Source: Vibrio alginolyticus NBRC 15630 = ATCC 17749 (lineage in GTDB: Bacteria; Pseudomonadota; Gammaproteobacteria; Enterobacterales; Vibrionaceae). From it: 32,000 nucleotides of DNA. Of the stretch, positions 10,237 through 17,266 are shown piece after piece (within the stretch, counting starts at the first letter, position 1; every line of letters starts with the position of its first letter). Both the position numbers and the translations under genes were made by a program. Below the pieces are notes generated by a model. It saw only the letters and a list, made by a program, of their open reading frames with translations, searched no databases and was not told where the DNA came from. The stretch is from the NCBI RefSeq assembly GCF_000354175.2, contig NC_022349.1, forward strand, positions 1,650,001 through 1,682,000. The letters run 5' to 3'.

Positions 10237-10718
10237 TAGTGCGCTTAAAGATGTATTTCGTTTAGTGTAAACAAACTCCCGGACGAAATCATCTTAATTC
10301 GAAAGACAGCAAGACTATGCCTTTTCGGCATAATGATATAACTCACTTTTAGAGCGGTTCTAGGGCGAATCACCTTCTCAATTTATTGAAAAACAACACT
10401 GTTCATTACACCAAAAATATCAAAAAAGATAAAAACTAATCAATGTCAGGCCAATGTCATTGCCAATAATTTCAATCAAAAACAGTAATTTAAATAAAAA
10501 CAACGTACAATTGAACAGTGTTCATCAGTGGGATTTATATCATTTTACTAACTCATACGGAAACTTTAGCAGTAAAACATGTCCAGCGAGTTGTTAGATC
10601 AATGGCTTACAAGTGCGAACTATATCGCTCAATTAGTCAATTTTGGACCAACAACTTGTGAGAGATCACCTCTCCCCCATACAACAATGATTATGGACAG
10701 CTAACTAGGACAAATAAG

Positions 10719-11741
10719 ATGAAAAAGACTCTAATTGCTCTTTCTGTATCTGCAGCAGCTATGGCAACTGGCGTAAACGCAGCTGAACTTTACAACCAAG
10801 ACGGTACTTCTCTAGAAATGGGCGGCCGTGCTGAAGCACGTCTATCTATGAAAGATGGCGACGCTCAAGACAAATCTCGCATCCGTCTAAACTTCCTTGG
10901 TAAACAAGAAATCAATGACAACCTATACGGTGTTGGTTTCTGGGAAGGTGAATTTGAGACTGCTCAAAACGGTACTGTAGACGGCGACGACAAGAGCGAT
11001 CTAGAAACTCGTCTTGCTTACGCTGGTCTTGGCGGTGCTTACGGTGAGTTCGCATACGGTAAAACTGAAGGTGCACTAGGCGTTATCACTGACTTCACAG
11101 ATATCATGGCTTACCACGGTAACTCTGCAGCAGACAAACTAGCTGTATCAGACCGTACAGACAACATGATGGCTTACAAAGGCCAGTTTGAAAACCTAAG
11201 CGTAAAAGCAAGCTACCGCTTCGCTGATCGTATGGAAAACAAAAACACTGGTGAGTACTACGACAACAAACAAGACGGTTACTCTCTATCTGCAATCTAC
11301 GCTCTAGCTGACACTGGTCTTGAGCTAGGTGCTGGTTACGCAGATCAAGACAAAGCTAACGAGTACATGCTAGCTGCATCTTACACAATGTCTGATCTTT
11401 ACTTCGCTGGTGTATTCACTGACGGCGAGAAAATGGAAGATTCAAACAACAGTAACACAGTTGATTACACTGGTTACGAGCTAGCGGGTGCTTACACTCT
11501 AGGCCAAACAGTATTTACAACATCATACAACAATGCAGAAACTAACAACGAAACTTCTGCAAACAACTTCGCTGTTGATGCTTCTTACTACTTCAAGCCT
11601 AACTTCCGTGGTTACATTTCTTACAACTTCAACCTGATTGATGCAGGTGACAAGTTTGGTTCAACTGACACTAGCAAAACAGTTGCAACTAAGATCGATG
11701 CTGAAGACGAGCTAGCTCTAGGTCTACGTTACGACTTCTAA
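10719..11741 (+). CDS. ompU: Outer-membrane general porin, OmpU type
   Basis: It has a signal peptide, MKKTLIALSVSAAAMATGVNA. GGRAEARLSMKDGDAQDKSRIRLNFLGK...GVITDFTDIMAYHGN...NEYMLAASY...YYFKPNFRGYISYNFNL...ELALGLRYDF is colinear with V. cholerae OmpU as I remember it. Its position next to greA and dacB matches the V. cholerae ompU locus. Confidence 0.9.
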   Translation: MKKTLIALSVSAAAMATGVNAAELYNQDGTSLEMGGRAEARLSMKDGDAQDKSRIRLNFLGKQEINDNLYGVGFWEGEFETAQNGTVDGDDKSDLETRLAYAGLGGAYGEFAYGKTEGALGVITDFTDIMAYHGNSAADKLAVSDRTDNMMAYKGQFENLSVKASYRFADRMENKNTGEYYDNKQDGYSLSAIYALADTGLELGAGYADQDKANEYMLAASYTMSDLYFAGVFTDGEKMEDSNNSNTVDYTGYELAGAYTLGQTVFTTSYNNAETNNETSANNFAVDASYYFKPNFRGYISYNFNLIDAGDKFGSTDTSKTVATKIDAEDELALGLRYDF

Positions 11742-11766
11742 TTCCGGTCTTTGACTAGAATATCGA

Positions 11767-11792
11767 ATGCCCGCTTTAAGCGGGCATTTTTT
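11767..11792 (+). terminator. Intrinsic terminator after ompU
   Basis: ATGCCCGC-TTTAA-GCGGGCAT with the T-run extended to T6. Confidence 0.8.
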
Positions 11793-11927
11793 ATACTTCA
11801 TTTTAAGCAGCGCGCCTTTCTCTCGTGTCTCATTCATGAAGACATTTGAAGCATTTCTTTAGTTACCTAGCATATTGAAAGGACTTGCGTATACTCAATC
11901 ACATAACTCACCTTAGAAAGTATCATT

Positions 11928-13349
11928 ATGCGTTTACGTTGGCCCTTGCTCATATTCTCTTCATTACTTTCTGCTTTTTCACAAGCGTACCCTCATCAAG
12001 AGGTGTTGCCTGAAGGCGCCCGCATCAGTTTAGTTGCGGAAAAACTCAGTGAAAATGCTGAGCTTGACGGTGTTCATCCTACCGAACAACTGTTCCCACC
12101 AGCGAGTACATTAAAAATCGTCACCGCATTAGCCGCAAAGCTAGAACTGGGGGATAATTTCCGGTTTCGAACCAAGCTGGAAACGTCGAACTCAGATGCA
12201 GTGATTTACTTTGTCGGCGACCCAACACTCCAAACCAACGACTTAAAATCACTTCTCACTCTAGCTAAGAAAAATGGCTTAAAACGGATTAACGGTGACC
12301 TATGGCTCGATAACAGCGCATTCACTGGTTATAACCGTGCGGTGGGCTGGCCGTGGGATATCTTGGGAGTTTGCTACAGCGCTCCGGCATCGACCATCAC
12401 ACTCAATAACAACTGTGTACAAGCCTCTATCTATACACAAAAAGATGGTGGAACGCGGGTCTACGTACCAGAGCATCAACCTATTCGTGTCACAAGTACC
12501 GTAGAAACTGTTTCTAAAACCATTAAGAAAAGTCGTCATTGTGACTTAGGTTTAGTTGCAAATCCCGATAACAACTACAAGCTAACAGGGTGCTTGGTTG
12601 AAAGAGACAAACCATTGCCACTGAAATTTGCGGTTCAAGACCCTGAGCGTTACACCAGTCAAAGGTTGGCGACTTTGCTCAAGGAGCTCAACATTGGGGT
12701 ATCAGGAAAGATTAGGGTCGGTACGGCGCCAGAAAAGCAGCGAAAGCTCATCGCAATGCATCAATCAAAGGCCTTACCAGACATTCTTGAAGATATGCTC
12801 AAAAACTCTGACAACTTGATTGCCGACACATTAACCAAAACACTTGGTGCTAAATTTTTCGTTCAGCCAGGTAGTTTTACTAACGGTACAGAAGCGATCA
12901 AGCAGATCATTTTCGCCAACACTGGTATTGATATTCGTAATGCGCGCCTAGAAGACGGCTCAGGACTTTCGCGAAATAACCGGATCTCCGCGACCAAGAT
13001 GGCTGAAATGCTGCGCTATATTTGGAAGCATGAAAACGAACTCAAATTGATTGCCATCATGCCGAAATCAGGTGAATCCGGCACATTAAAGTACCGACAA
13101 AGTATGCGAAAACTTCCAATTAAAGGACAGCTGATCGCTAAAAGTGGCTCTATCTACGGGACTTACAATATGGCTGGATATGGCTTGGATAAAAATGGTC
13201 AACCTAACACCATTTTTGTTCAGTTTGTTTCAGACTACTTCCCAGAAAAACGGGACGACAACACACCTGTCATCGCCCCGATTACACATTTTGAGCAGCT
13301 TTTTTACAATGACATTGTGAACTTTAGTCAGGCAATACCTAAGAAATAG
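11928..13349 (+). CDS. dacB: D-alanyl-D-alanine carboxypeptidase/endopeptidase, PBP4 family
   Basis: 473-aa ORF with a signal peptide. The penicillin-binding motifs are S-T-L-K (PASTLKIVTA), S-D-N (KNSDNLIAD) and K-S-G (IAKSGS). Confidence 0.9.
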   Translation: MRLRWPLLIFSSLLSAFSQAYPHQEVLPEGARISLVAEKLSENAELDGVHPTEQLFPPASTLKIVTALAAKLELGDNFRFRTKLETSNSDAVIYFVGDPTLQTNDLKSLLTLAKKNGLKRINGDLWLDNSAFTGYNRAVGWPWDILGVCYSAPASTITLNNNCVQASIYTQKDGGTRVYVPEHQPIRVTSTVETVSKTIKKSRHCDLGLVANPDNNYKLTGCLVERDKPLPLKFAVQDPERYTSQRLATLLKELNIGVSGKIRVGTAPEKQRKLIAMHQSKALPDILEDMLKNSDNLIADTLTKTLGAKFFVQPGSFTNGTEAIKQIIFANTGIDIRNARLEDGSGLSRNNRISATKMAEMLRYIWKHENELKLIAIMPKSGESGTLKYRQSMRKLPIKGQLIAKSGSIYGTYNMAGYGLDKNGQPNTIFVQFVSDYFPEKRDDNTPVIAPITHFEQLFYNDIVNFSQAIPKK

Positions 13350-14173
13350 TTCACCACGTTAAAGTAAATCCACATTCCTGAAATATCGACGATAGACGCA
13401 AGAACTGGACTCACCAATACGGCTGGGTCCAACTTGCAAGCTCGTGCAATAATTGGCAACAGCCCGCCCAATGTTGTAGAAATGGTGACTTGAATGAACA
13501 GCGCAACTGCTATTGCCAGTGCGATATCGGTCAGTTCAAAGCCTCCTGTTGATTGTCCTGCACTAAATAACATAATGCGTCCAATCATCACGATAGCGAT
13601 CGCTAGCGCAATAAATAGAGCGACTCGGCTCTCTTTCCACAAAACTTCTAACCATTGGCGTTTTTTTAACTCTCCAGTAGCAAGAGCACGAATCACTAAA
13701 GTTGCTGCTTGTGTTCCTGTGTTACCACCAGCAGCTGCAATCACTGGCATGTACACTGCAAGTAAAACAAGCTGACTAAGGGTGTCCTCATACTGAGCAA
13801 TGATCAAGCCTGACACTATCCCTAAAAGAGCCAGTGCAATGATCCACCCAATACGCTGCTTCACGTGCCCCAAAACACTAGTCGATAAATAACCATCAGG
13901 TGTATCAACTTCAGACATATGCAGACCTAATTGGTGAGCATAATGACGTGCGCGTTTGTCATGGCCTGCTTGCTCAAGTTGAGCAATAAGACTATTCACA
14001 TAGCCGACAGAGCAATGCTGTAAAATACCTACAGCCTCATCAATCGGCATAACCGTAAGCAAATGGACTTGTTGCTCTTGCTCGTACTGCAAGAATGCAT
14101 TGCGAGCTGCACCAATTTCTACTTCAGAAAAGTTTGGTGTTGTTTCAATAAAAGTGTTGTTCATTACCGTCAT
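13328..14173 (-). CDS. Short MgtE-family divalent-cation (Mg2+) transporter: MgtE_N-like segment plus TM domain, no room for a CBS pair
   Basis: The C-terminal half, MPVIAAAGGNTGTQAATLVIRALATGEL...LPIIARACKLDPAVLVSPVLASIVDISGMWIYF, is the MgtE channel signature. The track start at 14278 was trimmed to ATG 14173 (MTVMNNTF), which has GGGAGA 6 nt upstream, giving 281 aa. Confidence 0.8.
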   Translation of the reverse strand: MTVMNNTFIETTPNFSEVEIGAARNAFLQYEQEQQVHLLTVMPIDEAVGILQHCSVGYVNSLIAQLEQAGHDKRARHYAHQLGLHMSEVDTPDGYLSTSVLGHVKQRIGWIIALALLGIVSGLIIAQYEDTLSQLVLLAVYMPVIAAAGGNTGTQAATLVIRALATGELKKRQWLEVLWKESRVALFIALAIAIVMIGRIMLFSAGQSTGGFELTDIALAIAVALFIQVTISTTLGGLLPIIARACKLDPAVLVSPVLASIVDISGMWIYFNVVNYFLGIA

Positions 14174-14320
14174 GGCGAATCTCCCGATTGGCATTGGTAA
14201 CGACCATCGACAAAGCATGAAAAGCCACTCTTGCACGCTAAAAGTCAGACAACAAATAAGATGCACAGAGAAAACCAATGCGAATGCACTGTCTATTCAG
14301 AATGTATGAAGGAAATAACG

Positions 14321-14361
14321 AGAAAAAAATTAGAAAAGATGCCTCACCACTTAGGTAAGGC
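14321..14361 (-). terminator. Intrinsic terminator inside the mgtE-like leader (attenuator)
   Basis: The minus-strand RNA reads GCCUUACC-UAAGU-GGUGAGGC (8 bp) followed by AUCUUUUCUAAUUUUUUU. It lies about 145 nt upstream of the CDS start. Confidence 0.6.
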
Positions 14362-14385
14362 GGAGATCGCCAATACCGAAGCGGG

Positions 14386-14445
14386 TTATTTCGCTCCCTT
14401 AATCTTACTCACCCAACGACTGGGAGGATGGTCGGTATTGTTCAT
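14386..14445 (-). CDS. Candidate 19-aa leader peptide MNNTDHPPSRWVSKIKGAK
   Basis: On the minus strand, ATG 14445..14443 is preceded by GGAGA at 5-nt spacing, and the stop is TAA at 14388..14386. The ORF is embedded in long-range pairings and is followed by the leader terminator. It is too short for the ORF track. Confidence 0.4.
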   Translation of the reverse strand: MNNTDHPPSRWVSKIKGAK

Positions 14446-14547
14446 GTAAATCTCCGATAGCGCTGCCATTATTGGCAGCGCAAGTATAGTAGCAAAGTTC
14501 ATCAGGTATGGAAGTTTTACTTTGCCGTTTTTGCTAAATTTTCATAC

Positions 14548-14570
14548 AAAAAAAGCGCCCTTCGGACGCT
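14548..14570 (-). terminator. Intrinsic terminator after tyrS
   Basis: The minus-strand RNA reads AGCGUCC-GAA-GGGCGCU followed by a U-run, 22 nt after the tyrS stop. Confidence 0.75.
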
Positions 14571-14591
14571 TTCATTTGCAGTCATTATGGA

Positions 14592-15779
14592 TTACTGAAT
14601 AGTAATACGAGCAAATTTACGTTTGCCTACTTGGAACACGTAAGTACCCGCTTCTGGAGCAAATTTGCTGTCCGCAATTTTTTCACCATCAATCTTCACA
14701 GCGCCCTGCTTAACCATGCGCATCGCATCTGACGATGATGGACATAAACCTGCTTCTTTCAACAGATTACTCACTGGGCGACCTGCGTCAAAGTCAAACT
14801 CTGGCATTTCATCAGGAATTTGGTTCTTCGCAAAACGGTTTACGAATTCTTGCTCTGCTGCATCGGCATCGGCTTCACTGTGGAAACGAGCAATAATTTC
14901 TTTTGCTAGCAATACTTTGATGTCACGAGGGTTTTTGCCCGCTTCTACATCAGCTTTGAATTGAGCAATCTCTTCCAGAGGACGGAAAGAGAGCAGCTCG
15001 TAGTAGCTCCACATTAAGTCATCAGAAATAGACATGATTTTACCAAACATTTCGCTTGGCGCTTCGCTGATACCGATGTAGTTGTTTGCTGACTTAGACA
15101 TCTTCTTCTCGCCATCAAGGCCCACTAGAAGCGGCATCATCAGTACAACCTGAGGTTTTTGACCGTGAGACTTTTGCAGTTCACGACCCATTAGAAGGTT
15201 GAACTTCTGGTCTGTACCACCTAATTCAACATCCGTTTCCATTGCTACTGAGTCCCAACCTTGTAGAAGTGGGTACATGAACTCATGAATAGCAATTGGC
15301 TGACCACCCGCGTAACGCTTTTTAAAGTCGTCACGCTCTAGCATACGAGCAACGGTTTGGTTTGCCGCAAGGCGAATCATACCTTCTGCGCCCAATTCAG
15401 ACAGCCACTCAGAGTTAAACTGAATTTTAGTCTTTGCAGGATCGAGAATTTTGAACACTTGCTCTTTGTACGTTTCAGCGTTACGCAATACGTCTTCGCG
15501 ACTTAGCGGTGGACGAGTTGTGTTTTTACCTGTCGGGTCACCAACCATTGCAGTGAAGTCACCGATTAGGAACGTCACTTCATGACCTAGTTCTTGGAAC
15601 AAGCGAAGCTTATTGAAAATAACCGTATGACCTAGGTGAATGTCAGGTGCTGTTGGATCAGCGCCCAATTTAATACGTAGAGGACGGTCTTCTTTTAGTT
15701 TTGCGATTAGCTCTTCTTCTGGAATCAGCTCTTCAACACCGCGCTTAATCTCGGCTAGTGCAGCTTCAATGCTCGCCAT
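14592..15779 (-). CDS. tyrS: Tyrosine--tRNA ligase (short, type-2 TyrRS)
   Basis: 395-aa ORF with the HIGH-type motif DIHLGH, a KMSKS motif and a C-terminal S4-like domain. Confidence 0.95.
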   Translation of the reverse strand: MASIEAALAEIKRGVEELIPEEELIAKLKEDRPLRIKLGADPTAPDIHLGHTVIFNKLRLFQELGHEVTFLIGDFTAMVGDPTGKNTTRPPLSREDVLRNAETYKEQVFKILDPAKTKIQFNSEWLSELGAEGMIRLAANQTVARMLERDDFKKRYAGGQPIAIHEFMYPLLQGWDSVAMETDVELGGTDQKFNLLMGRELQKSHGQKPQVVLMMPLLVGLDGEKKMSKSANNYIGISEAPSEMFGKIMSISDDLMWSYYELLSFRPLEEIAQFKADVEAGKNPRDIKVLLAKEIIARFHSEADADAAEQEFVNRFAKNQIPDEMPEFDFDAGRPVSNLLKEAGLCPSSSDAMRMVKQGAVKIDGEKIADSKFAPEAGTYVFQVGKRKFARITIQ

Positions 15780-15909
15780 TCTTGTTCACTCCCACAGATT
15801 TGGCAAAAATATAATAGCTGAACATATTACTTGAATAGCGATGCATTTTGAAACACGTTAGACTAGGTAGTTGTCACTTTTTCCGTTTAATTTAGCAATC
15901 AAGTACCTC

Positions 15910-15975
15910 ATGCATTCGATTTTTGTCCGACTTCCACTCTTGCACAAAGTATTGATCGGTTTTTTAGTGCGCTGA
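15910..15975 (+). other. Orphaned N-terminal (signal-anchor) fragment of the mepM-like gene, out of frame with the body
   Basis: ATG 15910 gives MHSIFVRLPLLHKVLIGFLVR then a stop. LPLLHKVLIG parallels E. coli MepM LPRPHRVMLG. Adding one T to the T6 run 15960..15965 would fuse it to the downstream frame (..IGFFSALIIFALFFLPDPQ..). Confidence 0.55.
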
Positions 15976-16058
15976 TTATCTTCGCGCTCTTCTTTTTACC
16001 TGATCCGCAAGACCTAGACCCGCAGCAGAGCCGATTAAAAGTTGGTCAACATTATCCT

Positions 16059-17201
16059 GTGCCAGTTTCCCTCGAACTCAGTGCACTAAATAGTTCATCG
16101 CCTGCGGTTCCCGCCGTGCTGCGCTGGGAGACATACAAGGTAAAAAATGGCGAGAGTGCTGCCATCTTATTTAGTCGCGTAGGGCTTTCTGCTCGTCTAT
16201 TACATGAACTGGTGTCATCAGACAAAGAAGTGGAAAAACAGTTAACTCGGCTTCGACCTGGTGACCGATTGCAATTTGGTTTTGACGAAAATAGCGACTT
16301 GGTGCAGCTAAGAAGAACACTAAGCGCGTTCGAGACTTTTCGTATCACATTAAAAGACGGCAAGTACGTTTCTGAAGTTGATAAAAAAGAAGTCGACTTC
16401 CAGTACAACTACGCTGAAGCCACCATCAAATCAAACTTTTGGAATGCAGGAATATCTTCTGGATTAAATGGTAACCAAATCATGGAACTGGCTGGCATAT
16501 TTGGTTGGGACATCGACTTTGCTTTAGATATTCGTAAAAACGACAGCTTCCGAGTACTTTACCAAGAGGAAGTGGTAGAAGGTGAAGTAATCGGCCGTGG
16601 AAAAATCATTGCTGCGATCTTTAAAAACCAAGGCGATACCTTTACCGCAATATTGGATCAGAAAAGTGGCAAGTATTACGACGAAAATGGGCGTGCAATG
16701 AAAAAAGCATTCTTACGCGCGCCGTTGGATTTCCGTCGAGTTTCGTCTAATTTCAACCCACGCCGCTTACATCCAGTGACGGGACGCGTTCGTCCTCATA
16801 GAGGCACGGACTATGCGGCACCGGTGGGTACCCCGATTTGGGCAGCTGGTGATGGCGTCGTTCAAAAATCGTCTTACAACAAATTTAATGGTAACTACGT
16901 TTTCATTAAACATAGTAATACTTACATTACCAAGTACCTGCACTTAACCAAACGTACTGTACGAGCTGGTCAACGCGTTAAGCAAGGCCAAACCATCGGT
17001 ACGCTTGGCGGAACTGGCCGTGTAACTGGCCCTCACCTGCACTATGAGTTCCTTGTGAATGGTGTCCATAAAAACCCGCGCACGGTGAATTTGCCACAAT
17101 CTAAATCCCTGACAGGAAAAGCGAGACAAACTTTCATGGCAAACGCGAAAGTTAGCATGGACAAGCTTGAACGCTACAGCAAACTGTTAGCAATGAAGTA
17201 A
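16059..17201 (+). CDS. mepM: Murein DD-endopeptidase MepM/YebA-like (OapA/LysM-like domain plus M23 peptidase); the body as listed starts at a GTG and lacks the membrane anchor
   Basis: FLRAPLDFRRVSSNFNPRRLHPVTGRVRPHRGTDYAAPVGTPIWAAGDGVV...GPHLHYEF matches the E. coli MepM M23 core, including the HxxxD and HxH zinc motifs. The frame is open upstream back to 15891 but contains no ATG, GTG or TTG. See the frameshift finding. Confidence 0.88.
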   Translation: MPVSLELSALNSSSPAVPAVLRWETYKVKNGESAAILFSRVGLSARLLHELVSSDKEVEKQLTRLRPGDRLQFGFDENSDLVQLRRTLSAFETFRITLKDGKYVSEVDKKEVDFQYNYAEATIKSNFWNAGISSGLNGNQIMELAGIFGWDIDFALDIRKNDSFRVLYQEEVVEGEVIGRGKIIAAIFKNQGDTFTAILDQKSGKYYDENGRAMKKAFLRAPLDFRRVSSNFNPRRLHPVTGRVRPHRGTDYAAPVGTPIWAAGDGVVQKSSYNKFNGNYVFIKHSNTYITKYLHLTKRTVRAGQRVKQGQTIGTLGGTGRVTGPHLHYEFLVNGVHKNPRTVNLPQSKSLTGKARQTFMANAKVSMDKLERYSKLLAMK

Positions 17202-17217
17202 GGCAAGGTATTGAAAA

Positions 17218-17239
17218 GGGCAGCTTCGCTGCCCTTTTT
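17218..17239. terminator. Bidirectional intrinsic terminator between convergent mepM and the RND permease gene
   Basis: GGGCAGC-TTC-GCTGCCC is flanked by A4 on the left and T5 on the right. Confidence 0.75.
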
Positions 17240-17266
17240 GTTTTGTCGATATCATCACGATAAAGC

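Noticed and set aside
10579-10704. 41-aa plus-strand ORF (MSSELLDQWLTSANYIAQLVNFGP...) just upstream of ompU
   Set aside because: It has no Shine-Dalgarno sequence, lies where the ompU promoter or 5' UTR is expected, and has unremarkable composition. There is no supporting evidence in the sequence.
14174-14591. Known metal riboswitch (M-box/ykoK, yybP-ykoY Mn2+, NiCo) upstream of the mgtE-like gene
   Set aside because: I could not find the conserved cores as I remember them, such as the GGUGAGGCU...CUGCCC...GACGCCAAUGGGUCAACAG order of the M-box or the GGGGAGUAG of yybP-ykoY. The only GGUGAGGC is the terminator 3' arm. This still needs an Rfam scan to be certain.
15960-15992. Programmed -1 ribosomal frameshifting as the primary explanation for the split mepM
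   Set aside because: The heptamer U UUU UUA is in the correct register. However, there is no upstream SD-like stimulator, the downstream stem is weak (one mismatch) and it has essentially no spacer. A homopolymer indel or sequencing error is more parsimonious, so frameshifting is kept only as an alternative in the finding.
16052-16408. Minus-strand 118-aa ORF antisense to the mepM-like gene, and similar antisense ORFs inside the RND, chiS, hemL, AI-2E and glmM genes
   Set aside because: Each is fully contained within a strongly supported gene on the opposite strand. They have Ser/Arg/Leu-rich or otherwise atypical composition and no ribosome-binding sites.
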